Source of the DNA: Ophelia neglecta
Taxonomy: Eukaryota
Length of the DNA: 64,000 bases
Direction: 5' to 3'
Assembly (NCBI GenBank): GCA_965285935.1
Contig: OZ260661.1
Location: forward strand, 20,584,001-20,648,000
Shown piece by piece: positions 41,111-54,228 of this stretch (positions are counted from its first letter, which is position 1; each line of letters opens with the position of its first letter). A program made the translations under genes and the position numbers. The notes under the pieces were generated by a model that was not told the origin of the DNA, did no database searches, and saw nothing but the letters and a program-made list of their open reading frames with translations.

Positions 41111-42944
41111 TAATACTATTTGATTATATTGTTCATTTCATTTCGAATGTATAACCCCTTTTGCCAAGTGTGCTTTAGTTTATGTTCACTTACCTGATTT
41201 CTTTTTGTTCCCTATTACATTTCCCATCTTGTAAGCTCTTCAGAAAGTCGAGGTAAATAAAAAAAAAGCGCTCTACAGAAAGCTCTCTCACTATGTAGAC
41301 GACACCTATATCAAGAAGGCTCTTTAGACTCTCTAAAAGGCACAACCTCAACTTGACATTATTTTTATCAGCTGTCAGGTCTGTCAATTAATTGTGAGCA
41401 ATTGGATAAAGGTATTCATAGTATATATTCCTAATACCTATGTGCATTTATGAACTAGGGCAGTAAGATAGGATTCTTAATGTGATTTGTCTGCATGGCG
41501 TCCACTCTTTTCTTAAAGCTTTTAAACATCTGGCTTTCCACGCATCCACTCTACCGATTGAGCTAAGGGGCGGATCCCTCTGGCCAATCTAGTAGGGGCG
41601 CTGTGACCATGCTCCAGGGCCCATGATCAGTCACACATATCCCTGTGACATAGGTTGGGTCGAATGAGTTCTGTTCTCGATGTTTAAATCACAACGATGT
41701 GATGGTAGGCAAGCTGCCCCTCCTGTTTGAAAAAGGAAAACTGGTTTTTACATTGTACATAATAGCTCAGTTGGCACAGGTTAAACTACAATTACTTATA
41801 TTGACAACAAAAACTCATATTTGGCAGCAGGATGCTGTTTGGGGGCGGATGAATTCGTCTTTGCTTAAACTTGTAAAATAAGGCGTCAGAGAGAAGCCTG
41901 AAAATAATGCTGACGAGCTACTAGGTTCGTAGGGGCTTTATATTTCAGTGAATTGATGAGGCGAAATTTTCTTGTCGGGATGGCCTGAACTTTACTTCAC
42001 AAGTGTATGAATAGTATGTTGAATATTACATTCCCGCTTATCATTACCACTGCAATACGTTCAGCCTTGTTTACCATATACACCAGCCAAAAATTACCCG
42101 CCATAGCAGATGTCACTAAACGAGATCAGCAAATTTAAACTGAATTATTCACGTTTACTTATTGATTTGTAATTCACGCCTAGTGTAGAGTTCGATTTCA
42201 AACTTTTATAATTTCGCAATGTATGATATTTTGATGAAGGGTATTTCCATGCATATTATCGATCTGTTTGTCGGACTATATACTGGAATATTCTATCAAC
42301 TAAAATATAGAATTCTGTCGAAGCAAGTTGCTTTTTCATTTGATATCATTTGCAGACGATCGAACGATTGATCGATTCTACAGCCCACATATGAGTAATT
42401 GGATACATGCACAACATTCGTGATGGTATCAACAACGGATCTGAATATTTAATGTCAAAGAGAAAGAGCCTTTTATATTATTATTGTCGAAGCATTTTCG
42501 TTGCACACTCGAGTCGTGGGAACCTATTGGTACTTTCCGAGACACAAATAATCAAAAGTAGAAACTGACATTTTATGTTTCGAAGATATAAAGTTGAGTG
42601 AAGTATTTAAAACGAAGTTATGATTACCAATTGTATAGACATGTTGGCCTTAGAATTCATAATTCATTCATCCCCAACCTGCTCAAGAGTGTGGCGGGTG
42701 GGTTTGGTGGGTCGGGGGAGGATGGAGGAAGGGGGAGGGTGCTTCGGTCTAGGCTGTGTCGATCCTTCCAGCTCCATTTCTCCGTGCATCTCTTTTAACC
42801 GCATTTTGTCCATTGTATTTAACAAATACCTTTTCATATTTGGCTTTCAGATGTGGTGTGAACCTTTTATGGTTGCTCCGATGGTATATATTTTTTTAAG
42901 TAAATCCGAAAAACAATTTGTCTGTCCTGTGATGCAGCCCTAGA

Positions 42945-43700
42945 CCCGCACGATTGACGCGTAGCGATGCCGATAAAGACCTGATGGACACTACCCTCGG
43001 TGATCATGAAAGAGGCCCAATTGACGCGTCGCTCAGCGATCATGATAGAGGCCTCATGAACGTGCGCCTCGGTGATCATGATAAATGCCCGATTGACGCG
43101 TCGCCCCATCGACGCGTCCCTTGGTGATCAGTTTAGAGGCCCGATGGAACCGAACTATTGACGCGTCGCTCAGCGATCATGATAGAGGCCTCATAAACGT
43201 GTGCCTCGGTGATCATGATAGAGGCCCAATTGACGCGTCGTTCAGCGATCATGATAGAGGCCTTATGAACGTGCCCCTCGGTGATCATGATAGAGGCTCG
43301 ATTGACGCGTCGCTCAGCGATCATGAAAGAGGCCTCATGGACGTGCCCCTCGGTGATCACGATAGATGCCCGATTTGACGCGTCTCTTAGGTATGCTGAT
43401 AGAGACCTGATGGTCACGCCCCTCGGTGATCAGGATAGAGGCCCGATGAACGTGCTCCTCGGTGATCATGATAAAGGCCCGTTGAGCGTGCCCCTCGGTG
43501 ATCATGATAGAGGCCCGATTGACGCATTGCTCAGCGATCACGATAGAAGGCCCATAGACGTGCCCCTCGGTGATCAGAATAGAGGCCCGATTTGACGATG
43601 CTGATAGAGACCTGATGGACACGCCCCTCGATTATCTTGATAGAGGCCCGATTGACGCGTCGCTCAGCGATCATGATAGAGGTCAGACGGACGCGTCCTT
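42945..43700. repeat. 36-bp CpG-rich tandem repeat, inverted array
   Basis: Reverse-complement units GATCATGATAGAGGCCCGAT... Confidence 0.9.
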
Positions 43701-44627
43701 AAGCGACTAGCTCATCAAACTACGACCCATCAGGGAGCCTTTTTGTGAGTGGAGCTACAGCCACATAGGGCCCATCAGAAGACTGGGAGGTCGGTATTTT
43801 ACAGAGTTGTGTTGTCCTCACTTGCAGACATGTACTAGCATATAGATATGGCGGGAATCTAGCCGCCTTCTTTCTTCAGACGTCGCCATGAAAGACAGAC
43901 GTGCATCAAACACACAGACTATAGATTACAGCCTTGTAACATTAAGCCCAGGAAGGTCATTTTATTTTTGTGGGTTATGCAGCGCAGGGTCAACCATAAG
44001 CACCAATACATTTCCAAAGTGTGGCTATCAGTATATCGATGGAATTTTCGGGTCCACAATGAAATTGTAATTGCACATGCACCTGGCAGGCCAGCAAGGA
44101 GCTCATTTTATATTTTTAATTAAGTAATATATCTTGTCGAGAGACATGGTTAAACACTTTTGCTTTTGTATTTGCGCGGCATTCAGGAATATAAACCCTT
44201 ACCATACCGCGGGCCAGACCATAGCCAGCTGTGTTTCCCTTCATACAATTTAGACGCTCTCCAAACCAGAGTCATATATTGATATTAATATATGTATTTA
44301 TTTTGATAGTATCATCATATGAACAGACCGGACTGATCTCGAAGCCAGCATTTGAACCGTCAGTCTGACTGCGTTGTTTATATCGCAGCCGATATGACAA
44401 CGCCATGTGTTTGCCACTTATAATCGTGTTTGCATCATTGCAAGTAATATCAGGCAACGGCAATTCATCATGATTCAAATCAGTTTGTGTCTGGTCATGT
44501 CTGCTCCATAACATTTAAATTCAGCTATCATACCTTTAATCAAATATCTCTTTCATTGAGTGTCAGGTGTTATTTCAGCTATATAGTGACTCTCTTTAGC
44601 CTCAGGATACACACTCTTAACAACTTC

Positions 44628-44692
44628 AGTTAAGAGAGGACGAAGTCTAGAATCGTGCTGTGCTCATTATTGAAGGCAATTCGACATCAGAG
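44628..44692 (+). promoter_or_regulatory. Candidate transcription start / non-coding first exon of FReD copy 3
   Basis: TCAGTT at 44626-44631 and donor AG|GTAGGT at 44692/44693. The acceptor ttttatag at 45724 before the ATG implies an upstream exon exists. Confidence 0.3.
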
Positions 44693-45735
44693 GTAGGTGT
44701 CATTTGCTTTATACTTGCACCCTTTTTGACGAGCGATATTTAAAACAGTTCGACAGTGAAACTGACAAGAAAGGGTCGCACATTTGTTATATATTTCATC
44801 TTTTAACTTTTAATTGTCCATTTCATACGAATGCTGTTTCTTATGGTTGGTATTTTCTTCTGAGTTAGGGAATGAAGATTTAATATGGTAATCATCATTT
44901 GTCTCAGGCCGGAAATATATAAAGCATTGCCGCTTTTAAAAAACCATTGCTATGTACTTATATTCGGTCGTTGTTTTAGGTTAAATTTCTCATTTGAATT
45001 AAAACGAATTTTAATTGATATTAACTCCTTAATGCCCAGTGTCTTTTGTTTCGTTGTCCGAAATTGTCCCATGACAATTGGTATATCCATGTGCCCCCTT
45101 TGCTTTCTACTTAATAATCATAAAAAAACTGACAATATTTAAGTTCAACATTTTGGAAAACTGGGTTGACGTATATCTAAAATGGTATTTTACTGAATGC
45201 ATCAAAACATACTTCTGCCAAGATTGTTATATAACATACTCATTTTCACATAAATTATTGTATGTCTCTGTTAGCCCCGGGAATATATAATCATTTTTGG
45301 AAAGTTGGCCCTGGTCAAAGCCAGCTGCTACTCTTCTTGGTCAATTCAACAGTTATTAAACAGTTGATAAGCTCGCTAATTATATTCACCCGTGATGATG
45401 GTATCACATGACCAGGACATTCAATGTTCTGTGAGTCAAAAGCTAATATAGGCATTTAAGCATATTTCTTCCTAAGTTACCTACCTGCCTGCTTACTTAT
45501 TTACATTTTCATACATTCCCAATTACTTGCTTACTTACTTACTTATTTACTCCCTTTTTTGCTTACTTACAAACTTGCTGACTTAATTTCTATCAAATTC
45601 TTCCCTTTCTTTTACAGCCAATTGAAATATGACACCTACCTGATTCCTAGCTTGCTTACTTACTTACCTATTAACTGTCTTAATTGCTTACTTACATACT
45701 TGCTAACTTTATGTTCTTTTATAGCCAACTGAAAT

Positions 45736-45897
45736 ATGACACTCTTGGCTTTCATGAAAATTGCCATATTTACAATATGGATCTGTAAAACTTCTTGCGA
45801 AGAGCAGAGAAATGAGCGAGCAGGACTGAACGACAACCTACATGATTCCTTGCTGAAAACATCTGGGGGGCGAATTCGAAATTTACAAGGAAAGCAG
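45736..45897 (+). CDS. Copy 3 first coding exon (signal peptide plus linker, 54 aa)
   Basis: MTLLAFMKIAIFTIWICKTSCEEQ...RNLQGKQ with donor CAG|GTAAAT at 45897/45898, phase 0. Frame conserved with copy 1. Confidence 0.75.
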
Positions 45898-46759
45898 GTA
45901 AATATAATCTGCGTAATTGTTCTGGCCATCGTCGTCTTTCTTCAGTTTTAAAATGGTAACAACGATGCCATCATTTGCCATATCTTAAACCCGGTTTGCT
46001 ATCACATGGTGCTACGTAGGGTACAGCAATTATGTTTTGGCTGTCAAAATACTAGCTTTGTTAATTTTTTTTGGTCAAATTTCTTGATGTTGATGGTATA
46101 CCATTCCTTTACGGCATTTTATACATAAAAGATCTACTGGCCATAAAATATGACACTTACAGGGTGACACGACCATATTGTTCTTCTGGTATATATACAT
46201 ATGCGCGCTAAAGCAGCTACATCTAGTATTTCCCCCCATTATATTCCGGTCTTTGTTAGATGTGTCAATAATGTCTTGGATAATATACTCTTTCAGTTCC
46301 TCTGTGTTTATTAATGAAATACCACTTTAATGTAGGAACGTGGGTATGCATTTGAGGAAATTTGGTCTTTCAAAAAAATTGTTTATTCTGGGCCTGTTTC
46401 TGTATCTTGTATTGCTCTAAAATGTGTCAATAAACACTATTTTAGCAATCGAAAGTCAAAAGTGCGACTCGATTTGAAGCAAGTTCTTTATTAAGCGAAA
46501 GCCAGAAGTCTTACATCAATACAATGTCACACACTTGAATCTATATCAGCTGTTTGGTTAATTCGAGTATCCATCAGTATATATTTTCGATGTTTTCTAA
46601 ATATAAACTAAACGACACAAATTGCTGGAGAAGCGATTTATCCCACTGTTCATAATATAATAACATTTTAATTGGGCTGACTAGTTGTTGGTTTATGGAT
46701 TCACCTAACGTCAGTGGAGTCGGGGTTTATGAATTTTTTCTAATTCTAATTATTTCCAG

Positions 46760-47803
46760 GCGTCATCCAATACTATCGCTCTGCGACGCCAGGATGGAAG
46801 AGAAACATTCAACCGAAAATGGGTCGACTATAAGGTCGGTTTTGGTGACCCACAGGGAGATATATGGATTGGTCTCGAGAAACTACACGAATTGACAAGC
46901 AAAGGTCGGTACAAACTCCGAGTGGATCTAACTGATTGGTCGGGAGAGAAGAAGTGGGCCCTTTACTCGACGTTTTCTGTCGCAAGTGAGACCGAGATGT
47001 ATAAGGTCTCTGTTTCTGGGTATGACTCCTCCTCCACAGCTGGAGATAGTTTGACACAACATAACGGCGCCAAGTTCTCCACCCCCGACAAGGACAACGA
47101 CCAGTGGAGTGGGAACTGTGCCCGTACCTGGGAGGCTGGCTGGTGGTACACTAACTGCTTCTTTGCACATTTAACAGGTTTTTATGGAACAGGGCCGAAC
47201 AATGGTGGAATAAAGTGGTACAGCGCCTATAACGACTATCGTGGGTTTAAAGCCACCACACTCACACTGATACCCGTCACCGACGTCGTCTTCCTTCACC
47301 GTCAGGACTCCAGCGTGGACTTCAACAAAGGGTGGACCGACTACCGGAATGGATTTGGAGATCCCAAGGGAAATTTCTGGCTGGGGTTAGAGAAACTCCA
47401 TCAACTTACCGGAAAAGGGGGCTATAAGCTCCGTGTAGATCTTACAGCCTTTAATGGGGACAAGAAGTATGCCGAGTACTCCCACTTTAGTGTGGCTGGT
47501 GAAGATACAAAATATAAGCTGAGCGTGTCTGGCTACAATACTGCCTCTACCACTACTTCAGATTCAATGAAGGACGCCAACGGCATGAAGTTCACCACCA
47601 AAGATAACGACAATGATAATTACATATTTAACATTGCCATCGGACAAACAGGAGGTTGGTGGTATAAAACTACGCCCCGGGCCCACCCTACAGGTGTGTA
47701 CCAACCCGACGGATATAGCAAGCTGGACTGCATGTATTGGTATGGGGCTTATGATAACAGCGGTTCATTAAAGGCTGTGACTCTTACAGTACAGCCTGCT
47801 TAG
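46760..47803 (+). CDS. Tandem fibrinogen-related domain (2xFReD; ficolin/FREP/tachylectin-5-like) protein, copy 3, intact main exon
   Basis: Acceptor ttccag|GCG, then 347 codons plus TAG, in frame with ORF 46892-47803. Two sets of FBG motifs: RxDxxxxFxxxWxDYxxGFGD, WxGLEKLH, LRVDL, FST/FTTxDxDND, GWWY. Confidence 0.95.
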   Translation, partial: ASSNTIALRRQDGRETFNRKWVDYKVGFGDPQGDIWIGLEKLHELTSKGRYKLRVDLTDWSGEKKWALYSTFSVASETEMYKVSVSGYDSSSTAGDSLTQHNGAKFSTPDKDNDQWSGNCARTWEAGWWYTNCFFAHLTGFYGTGPNNGGIKWYSAYNDYRGFKATTLTLIPVTDVVFLHRQDSSVDFNKGWTDYRNGFGDPKGNFWLGLEKLHQLTGKGGYKLRVDLTAFNGDKKYAEYSHFSVAGEDTKYKLSVSGYNTASTTTSDSMKDANGMKFTTKDNDNDNYIFNIAIGQTGGWWYKTTPRAHPTGVYQPDGYSKLDCMYWYGAYDNSGSLKAVTLTVQPA

Positions 47804-47839
47804 AATCCAGCAGCACTCGTTTTATAACCTGATTGCTGT

Positions 47840-47861
47840 AATAAATTTCAGGATGAAATAA
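47840..47861 (+). terminator. Candidate polyadenylation signals for copy 3
   Basis: AATAAA at 47840 and about 47857, within 60 nt after the stop. Further AATAAA at about 48167 and 48279. Confidence 0.3.
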
Positions 47862-50800
47862 AAGTGACGCTGAAGCCTAAAAACGCTTGTTGCATATTTT
47901 GTCTTTTTTCCATTTTAACTAAAACTTGCTCCTATTGCTCTGTATAACTATAAAAATCAATCCATTAGCTTTCGCAATATAATTATCAACTTCCTCATTA
48001 TCATTAAAGATATATATTGTCAAACGTGAACCTTAAAGATGGATATTTTTGCCGGAAAACCGTGTAACATTGATAAACGTGTTTCTAAAACATCACTATT
48101 CTCTAGGTCAAAGCTTTTGTTCAACTCGTTCACCATAGGAAATAGAATTGGATGCCTTTTCTATTAAATAAAATCTACCCTTAACCTCTTAATAAAAAGG
48201 TTTTGACTCTGAAAGGCTGCTTACACACAGAGTCGGATAAAATCTTGCCTCCGGATTATTTCTGCACTTCCCTCATTGAAATAAAGTTGAATTTCCACCT
48301 AACCAGTTTTTTTTATTTATCATTTAAGACGCAAAAAATGGTCATGTTCGTGTTGATTGTGCCTTAAAATGAGGAAGGGGGAAGGTTAACAGCCAAGGAT
48401 TGTCTTTCTGTAAAAGGGAAGTAAGTGTCCCAAGTAGGGTCATTCTCATTGAGAATGTACCTACTACGAGTAGGGGTCCCTGGTTGGGGTAGCCTCTCGG
48501 TTAGAGTGTCGTGGTTTGGTTGATTATTTGATAGTGACCTGATGTCGGGACTTGTGATTCGATAGGGTTTGTAAGTCCATGGTAACACAAGCTGAAACAC
48601 ATTTAATAATACCGTCCGGGTACAATCGAAGGCCAATCAAGGCTTGGAAAAGGGAAAGGACGGTCTATGCAATCTAACAATGAGATCAAATGTCTTAACT
48701 TGTTCCAGCCCACCTGTGTGAGTAATGCGAGTAGTGAATGGACATGTGCATGACAAAATATAAGATGAAAAATTAAACAAATAAAACCACAAATATCTGT
48801 TTTCTATTTAATACATTACTTGACAATATTCCATGTGACAATCGACCTATTTCGAATTACATTTCTCTTAAAATATCATTCCTTTCTTCAAATTATTCAT
48901 CTACTTTTGTCTAATAGATTATATACATAATAGCCACTGGGTGTTTTTCTATCTCCATACACTGATTGTGGATTTTTGCCGCTTAGCCTCCGCTAAGCCT
49001 GCGCCTACCCGCCGCAACCGAATCCCTTTGTAGACATTTGGTGTCATTCCACCCAGACATGTAAAATACCTACGCGGCAGCCTAGCCTCCACATCTCCGA
49101 ATTGATTAATAGCCTATTTTCTTAAGCCATCTATTGTTTGCTATGGAACAGGCTTCTGCGGAAAATTATTTCAGAATCACCGGTCATCAATTTTGGCTTG
49201 TCTGGTCTCGGAATTAAACATAGCAAATAGAACCTCATTACTATTACTCTTTTACAACCAGAAATTGCTGAATCTGACGTGGACGGAATGCAAATTGCAG
49301 TAGTAGTGTAATGACCATAATGGCCTGTCGAAATGTATCAATTCATAACCGAAGTAGTATCCCAAATATTATAAATTATTGAAACTATAATCTGATCGTA
49401 AAAAAAAACATGGCATTTATTTATTTAAGTCCAAGTTCGAAATACACATCTTTAATAACAACCATGAACCACCAAGAATAGAGTAATTTATGACAAAGTA
49501 ATACCATGAATTATCTTGTCATGATTCCGGTTCCGTTATTGAACGATCCATTAAGTGGCCATGCATTATTGAAAAAGGCTTTCAGCATGTCCTTTCAATA
49601 ACTTTTGGTTACAATAGTACTGGTATTGTCGTAACAATGATATTTAATAAAAATCAAATATATAAGGGAATGATTTTCTTTGACATTGCCCTAGCAATTC
49701 CATTTAATGATCAAACTAAACAATTGCTAAGATGCATATAGTCCTGAGCTTCAAGCAAAATTGTAAGCAAATACCGCTAGGAGAAGACCAGAAATTAATA
49801 GACAGAGTCTGGCGGAGTAAGCAATTACCGATCTATTCTGTGCTCACACGGGTAACCACTGAGAGTGGGTGTCCGGCTGACCGAGCGAAAATCATAAATT
49901 AAGAAGAGTCTATTTACATCACCAGGAACCACATGCTGCAAGCTAGCAACTATCATCTCCCTGTTGCCTAACTGAAAATATGGTTGTAACTAAGTTACAC
50001 TTTTAAGCAAAATTGCTATTCACGCTCTTAAACAATTGTTCGAACTTAATTCATGTCTAGGGGACCCATAAGTTTGTTATCCACCTATATTAGGTCAAGC
50101 TTGACATGTAGTTTCAACACTCATTCCATCATATCAAGTTGAATTACTTTCCAACATGAACTTATGGATGTACCAACCACACCTAATGGTTTCCCTCAGT
50201 GGCGGGTAATGGGAGTAAGACCTGGTTCGAGGAGATGTAGACATTCAATAATGTTTATACTCGCAACATGACACTTGCCAACACCTATCTGGTAAAATTT
50301 AGTTGCGACAAACATTTTAGCGCTTTATTTTCCTTTTGGGATTAATATGGAAACTAATATTGACATTTAAATGAAGATCTCTTGTGGTGGTTGGCGTAGC
50401 AATCATTATATAATGATTTGTCAGCCCATTTTTTGGCTTATTAATCCCCAAGAACGAGGCAATTTGATGATTAAGTTTAATTTACAGGCTCACTTGGTAT
50501 TTCTTCTGGTCATTATCTCACTGGTAGTACGGAGTAAGCAGTCTTTCGGTGGATATATGAACAGTTAATGTACCCCTTGGAGCCAATAATCCAGAAACTT
50601 GTAAAAAGGAATGCTATATATATTAATAGCCAGGGCGGCTTTTAGACGGACTCATCGATTAGGATGATGACTGTATGAGTGGCAGGGTGGAAAATCTGGA
50701 TAGACCATTAACGATCTGGGACTGCTCAATAGAAAAGTGGGCAATTATAATTAAATATTGTTTGAAAAACGGATCTTCTATTTCATTGAGATGGCATTTT

Positions 50801-53800
50801 CCTATATGCAACTTTATTTTAAAGAAGAAGCTGCTTGTCGGTAATTTCGCAGTCGGCTCCTCGCGGAGTCTGATCGACTTGATAGATAATTTATCATTGA
50901 TGATTATTGATTCTGATGGGTGTCATCTGCGTGAATGTTGGAAAGAAAGAGAAAATGTGAATAAAAAGACGATATAAGACTGCTTTTGGATTTTCTATGG
51001 CGGGTTTATTCTCCCGTTTTTTTCTGGATGATTTGAATGAAAGTAGGAAAATCAAACTCTCGCTTTTAGGTCATAATTATATGGATTAGGCGAAAGCTGT
51101 CCGTTACCCATCCTCTTGATTTCAGCTGATACTGTCCTGTAATTGTTCTTTGTAATTATCATTGGCAGTACTTTGTTATATTAGGCTAATTATACCCCTG
51201 GCGGATGCTTTAAGTGGGCTGTGGATGGTGGTTCTGTTTAACGGAATGAATTCGTGAACTAATCTTGATTCATGATATAGCTTTTTCTGCCGTATATTCG
51301 AAAGTTGCCTGGAGTTAGTCCCCTGTTTCTGTGCCGTATAAACAATGCAGGTGTTGTTGCTTCAAACAAGTCGAGGTGAAGCTCATAATAGAATCATATA
51401 GATATGATGGCGAGATGGATAATTTGAGGACATAATATATCAAGGACCAATATGGCTAATTTATTCACACATTCTGTCTGTACAGTGTTTATTAGGAAAT
51501 GATGGTGATGGGAATATCGTGTCTAGTAAAGTCAATGATCTCTTGTTAGAGCCCTAACTGGGGAAGCACATATGGTTTGTTTTCTCGCCTTGTGCGATGG
51601 ATGAAGTATTGATTTTTAAGTAAACAGTGAATCTTCAAAAACGCAGTGTCAAAACAATTGTATTTATTTCTTTGTTCGAATTCACTAACAAGTTTACACA
51701 TTTATTAACAAAGAAAAAATATAATTGTCGGACGGGATGCGAAACAGAATCGAGCATGCATATGTTAACAATATGCTTTGAAATATAATTTATATGACAG
51801 AAGGATCCCGAGAAAAAGCATACATTGTACAATAATTACCTAGAAAACGTCACTCATGTGCAAAAAACAATGTCACGACTATAAATAATGGACGTCGTAG
51901 TGTAAAAATTTTATATGATAAAAGCAGTGCTATTAAAAAGAATATCGTCGACCATGTCTCGTTTCAAGTTATATTATTTAACATTACATTCATAGTTGGT
52001 TACGAGATTATTGCAGCATTAAGCCTTGACTTTTTTAATGAATAGATATATTCTATTATTAATAATTTTTGTTTTATATATTTGGTGGAGTTTTTTCAAA
52101 CAGGACCAGAATATAATATGCTTTGCTCACTTATGGCGTGGCGGCTACTGGGTGAAAACGAATAGTTTGGCCGGACATGCCGTGCATAGCACCAATTCTG
52201 CCCGCTGTACTAAATGACCCCACCTTTTAGTCTAGATGCCGGATATTGGTAGAAGCCTGCCTTCCGTCTAAATGGTTTCCTTGACAATCAGGCTGGAAAA
52301 AATACCGTAAGATTGAGAGAATCGTAAAAAATAAAACTTAGGCCCGCAGACATTTACTCTGAACAGGAAATGAGGACAATGGTGACATTTGCGTAAAAAG
52401 TATTCCTTTATATAAAAACTCCATTTTGGCTAAAGGTCTGGGTATCAAAGATAATTAGGTTGCAGCAGGCAGATGGGAACTACGCCTTGTGTAGTGTATG
52501 CATATATAAAGGAGAAAAGTAATAGCATTCCCTCTCAGGGGGAGCGGTAGCGGGCCGATTAGTCAAACCCATCAATCATGAATACTCTGATACGTAAATC
52601 CGAAATCACCAGGGCCCTGGTCTCAGGTAGAGCTTAACACTCTTAAGTCGGATATAAATCAGAATTTAAATGCTTAATCGGTCTTAACTTACTAATCGGG
52701 GTTTCTGGAAGCAGGATTTGGTCTTAAACCTAGGCATTTTGTTCTTAAACATAATCCTGGTCATGAGCACTACCGATTAATGTGGTCTCAGATAATCTGT
52801 CATAGGCCCATTGAATGGCTAAACTTAGGACCGCTTCTAGAATCAGGGCCCTCCAGGACCCTCCATGTTCAGGCCTGCAGTCCTCCATGTTCAGGCCCAC
52901 AATCATCAATCCCCATCTCCACATGAAATCTTCAGCACCACAATCCGCAATGCCTAACTCTATTGCATATCAGATCAAAGACCAAAAGCAGGTTTGAGCT
53001 GTTAGACGTGTCCATCGTGGTGGCACTTATCAATGCCAGGGTCATACATCTCCAAAATATCCCAAAGACTGCACAGCCAATCCACCAAAAAAAATTGGAA
53101 ATAATTTGATATAGCTGGAAATTGTCTTTCAAAATCTGCAATTGATCATAGAGTTATTCATAATTCGTACATAACAAATAGGAGTTATTGAAATTTTTTA
53201 AATGTTGTGTTTGCTTATACTAGTTTCTACGGAAATAAAGTTACCTTCTCTGTTCATATTTCTGTGCTTGGTTTTTTTTACCAGAAAAGAATACGGTACT
53301 ATAGTTTAGCCAACCAATCGTGGTATAACCATCCAATCCGATTTATTACATGTTGGTTTACCTCGGCAGAAAACAAAAGAGACGAAGTTTTAATGTATGT
53401 TAGCCACACGTTATTTAAACGATGCCACTAATTGTTAGTGTGCTGGCTGGTCCCTCATGACCGATATACAAATTCAACAAAATTCCATGTGCCAAAAAGT
53501 GTGTTTCAGCAACAATATGGTAAGGCAGTATAACTATCCAATCAGTTTATTTACTAGACCGGTATCAGTTTACATAAATGCTTGTGACTTGTGACAGAAA
53601 GGGCAATGTGTTAAAGACTGCCCCCATGAGAGGTAATTTTTAGCTGCGGGGCCTGTAGAAATTCAGGCCTATTGATTGGAATATTTTGGGAAGTAAAAAT
53701 AGCAGAATAAGGGGACACAGCAATAAACGTTTTGGCTTAACCTCAATAATACAAGCCTACAGTACAAATCTAATGTAAATCCTTTGGCTATAAATTACTT

Positions 53801-54189
53801 TAAGAACAAGAACACAAGAAAATCACCAAAAAAAAAATAACATTTCATATTCACAACCCTTATTTATAAGAATACATAAAATGGTGCTCCTCAGGGCCTG
53901 AATAATATAAATAAAAGAAAAGGATACATACATATAAATGGGCCAAAAGTTAATTTTTGCATCGGGTTACTTTGCCTGAACACGAGAAAGTAGTGATATT
54001 TCTCTAGTATTTTATTACGATGACAGTTCTTTGTCTTAATTTGGCTTGAGCTGCATCTATATTCGAACTAGTGAGCGTTTATTGTAATCTGAACAGTTTG
54101 TTTGTTTATTTATTAGAAACTATTTTTACAAAATGTGTTTCACATAGTATTATTGTTAGTAACATAATAAAAAAAATAAATCACATTGT

Positions 54190-54227
<38 letters not shown>

Positions 54228-54228
54228 T
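54190..54228. repeat. (TA)n microsatellite
   Basis: Seen directly. Confidence 0.9.
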
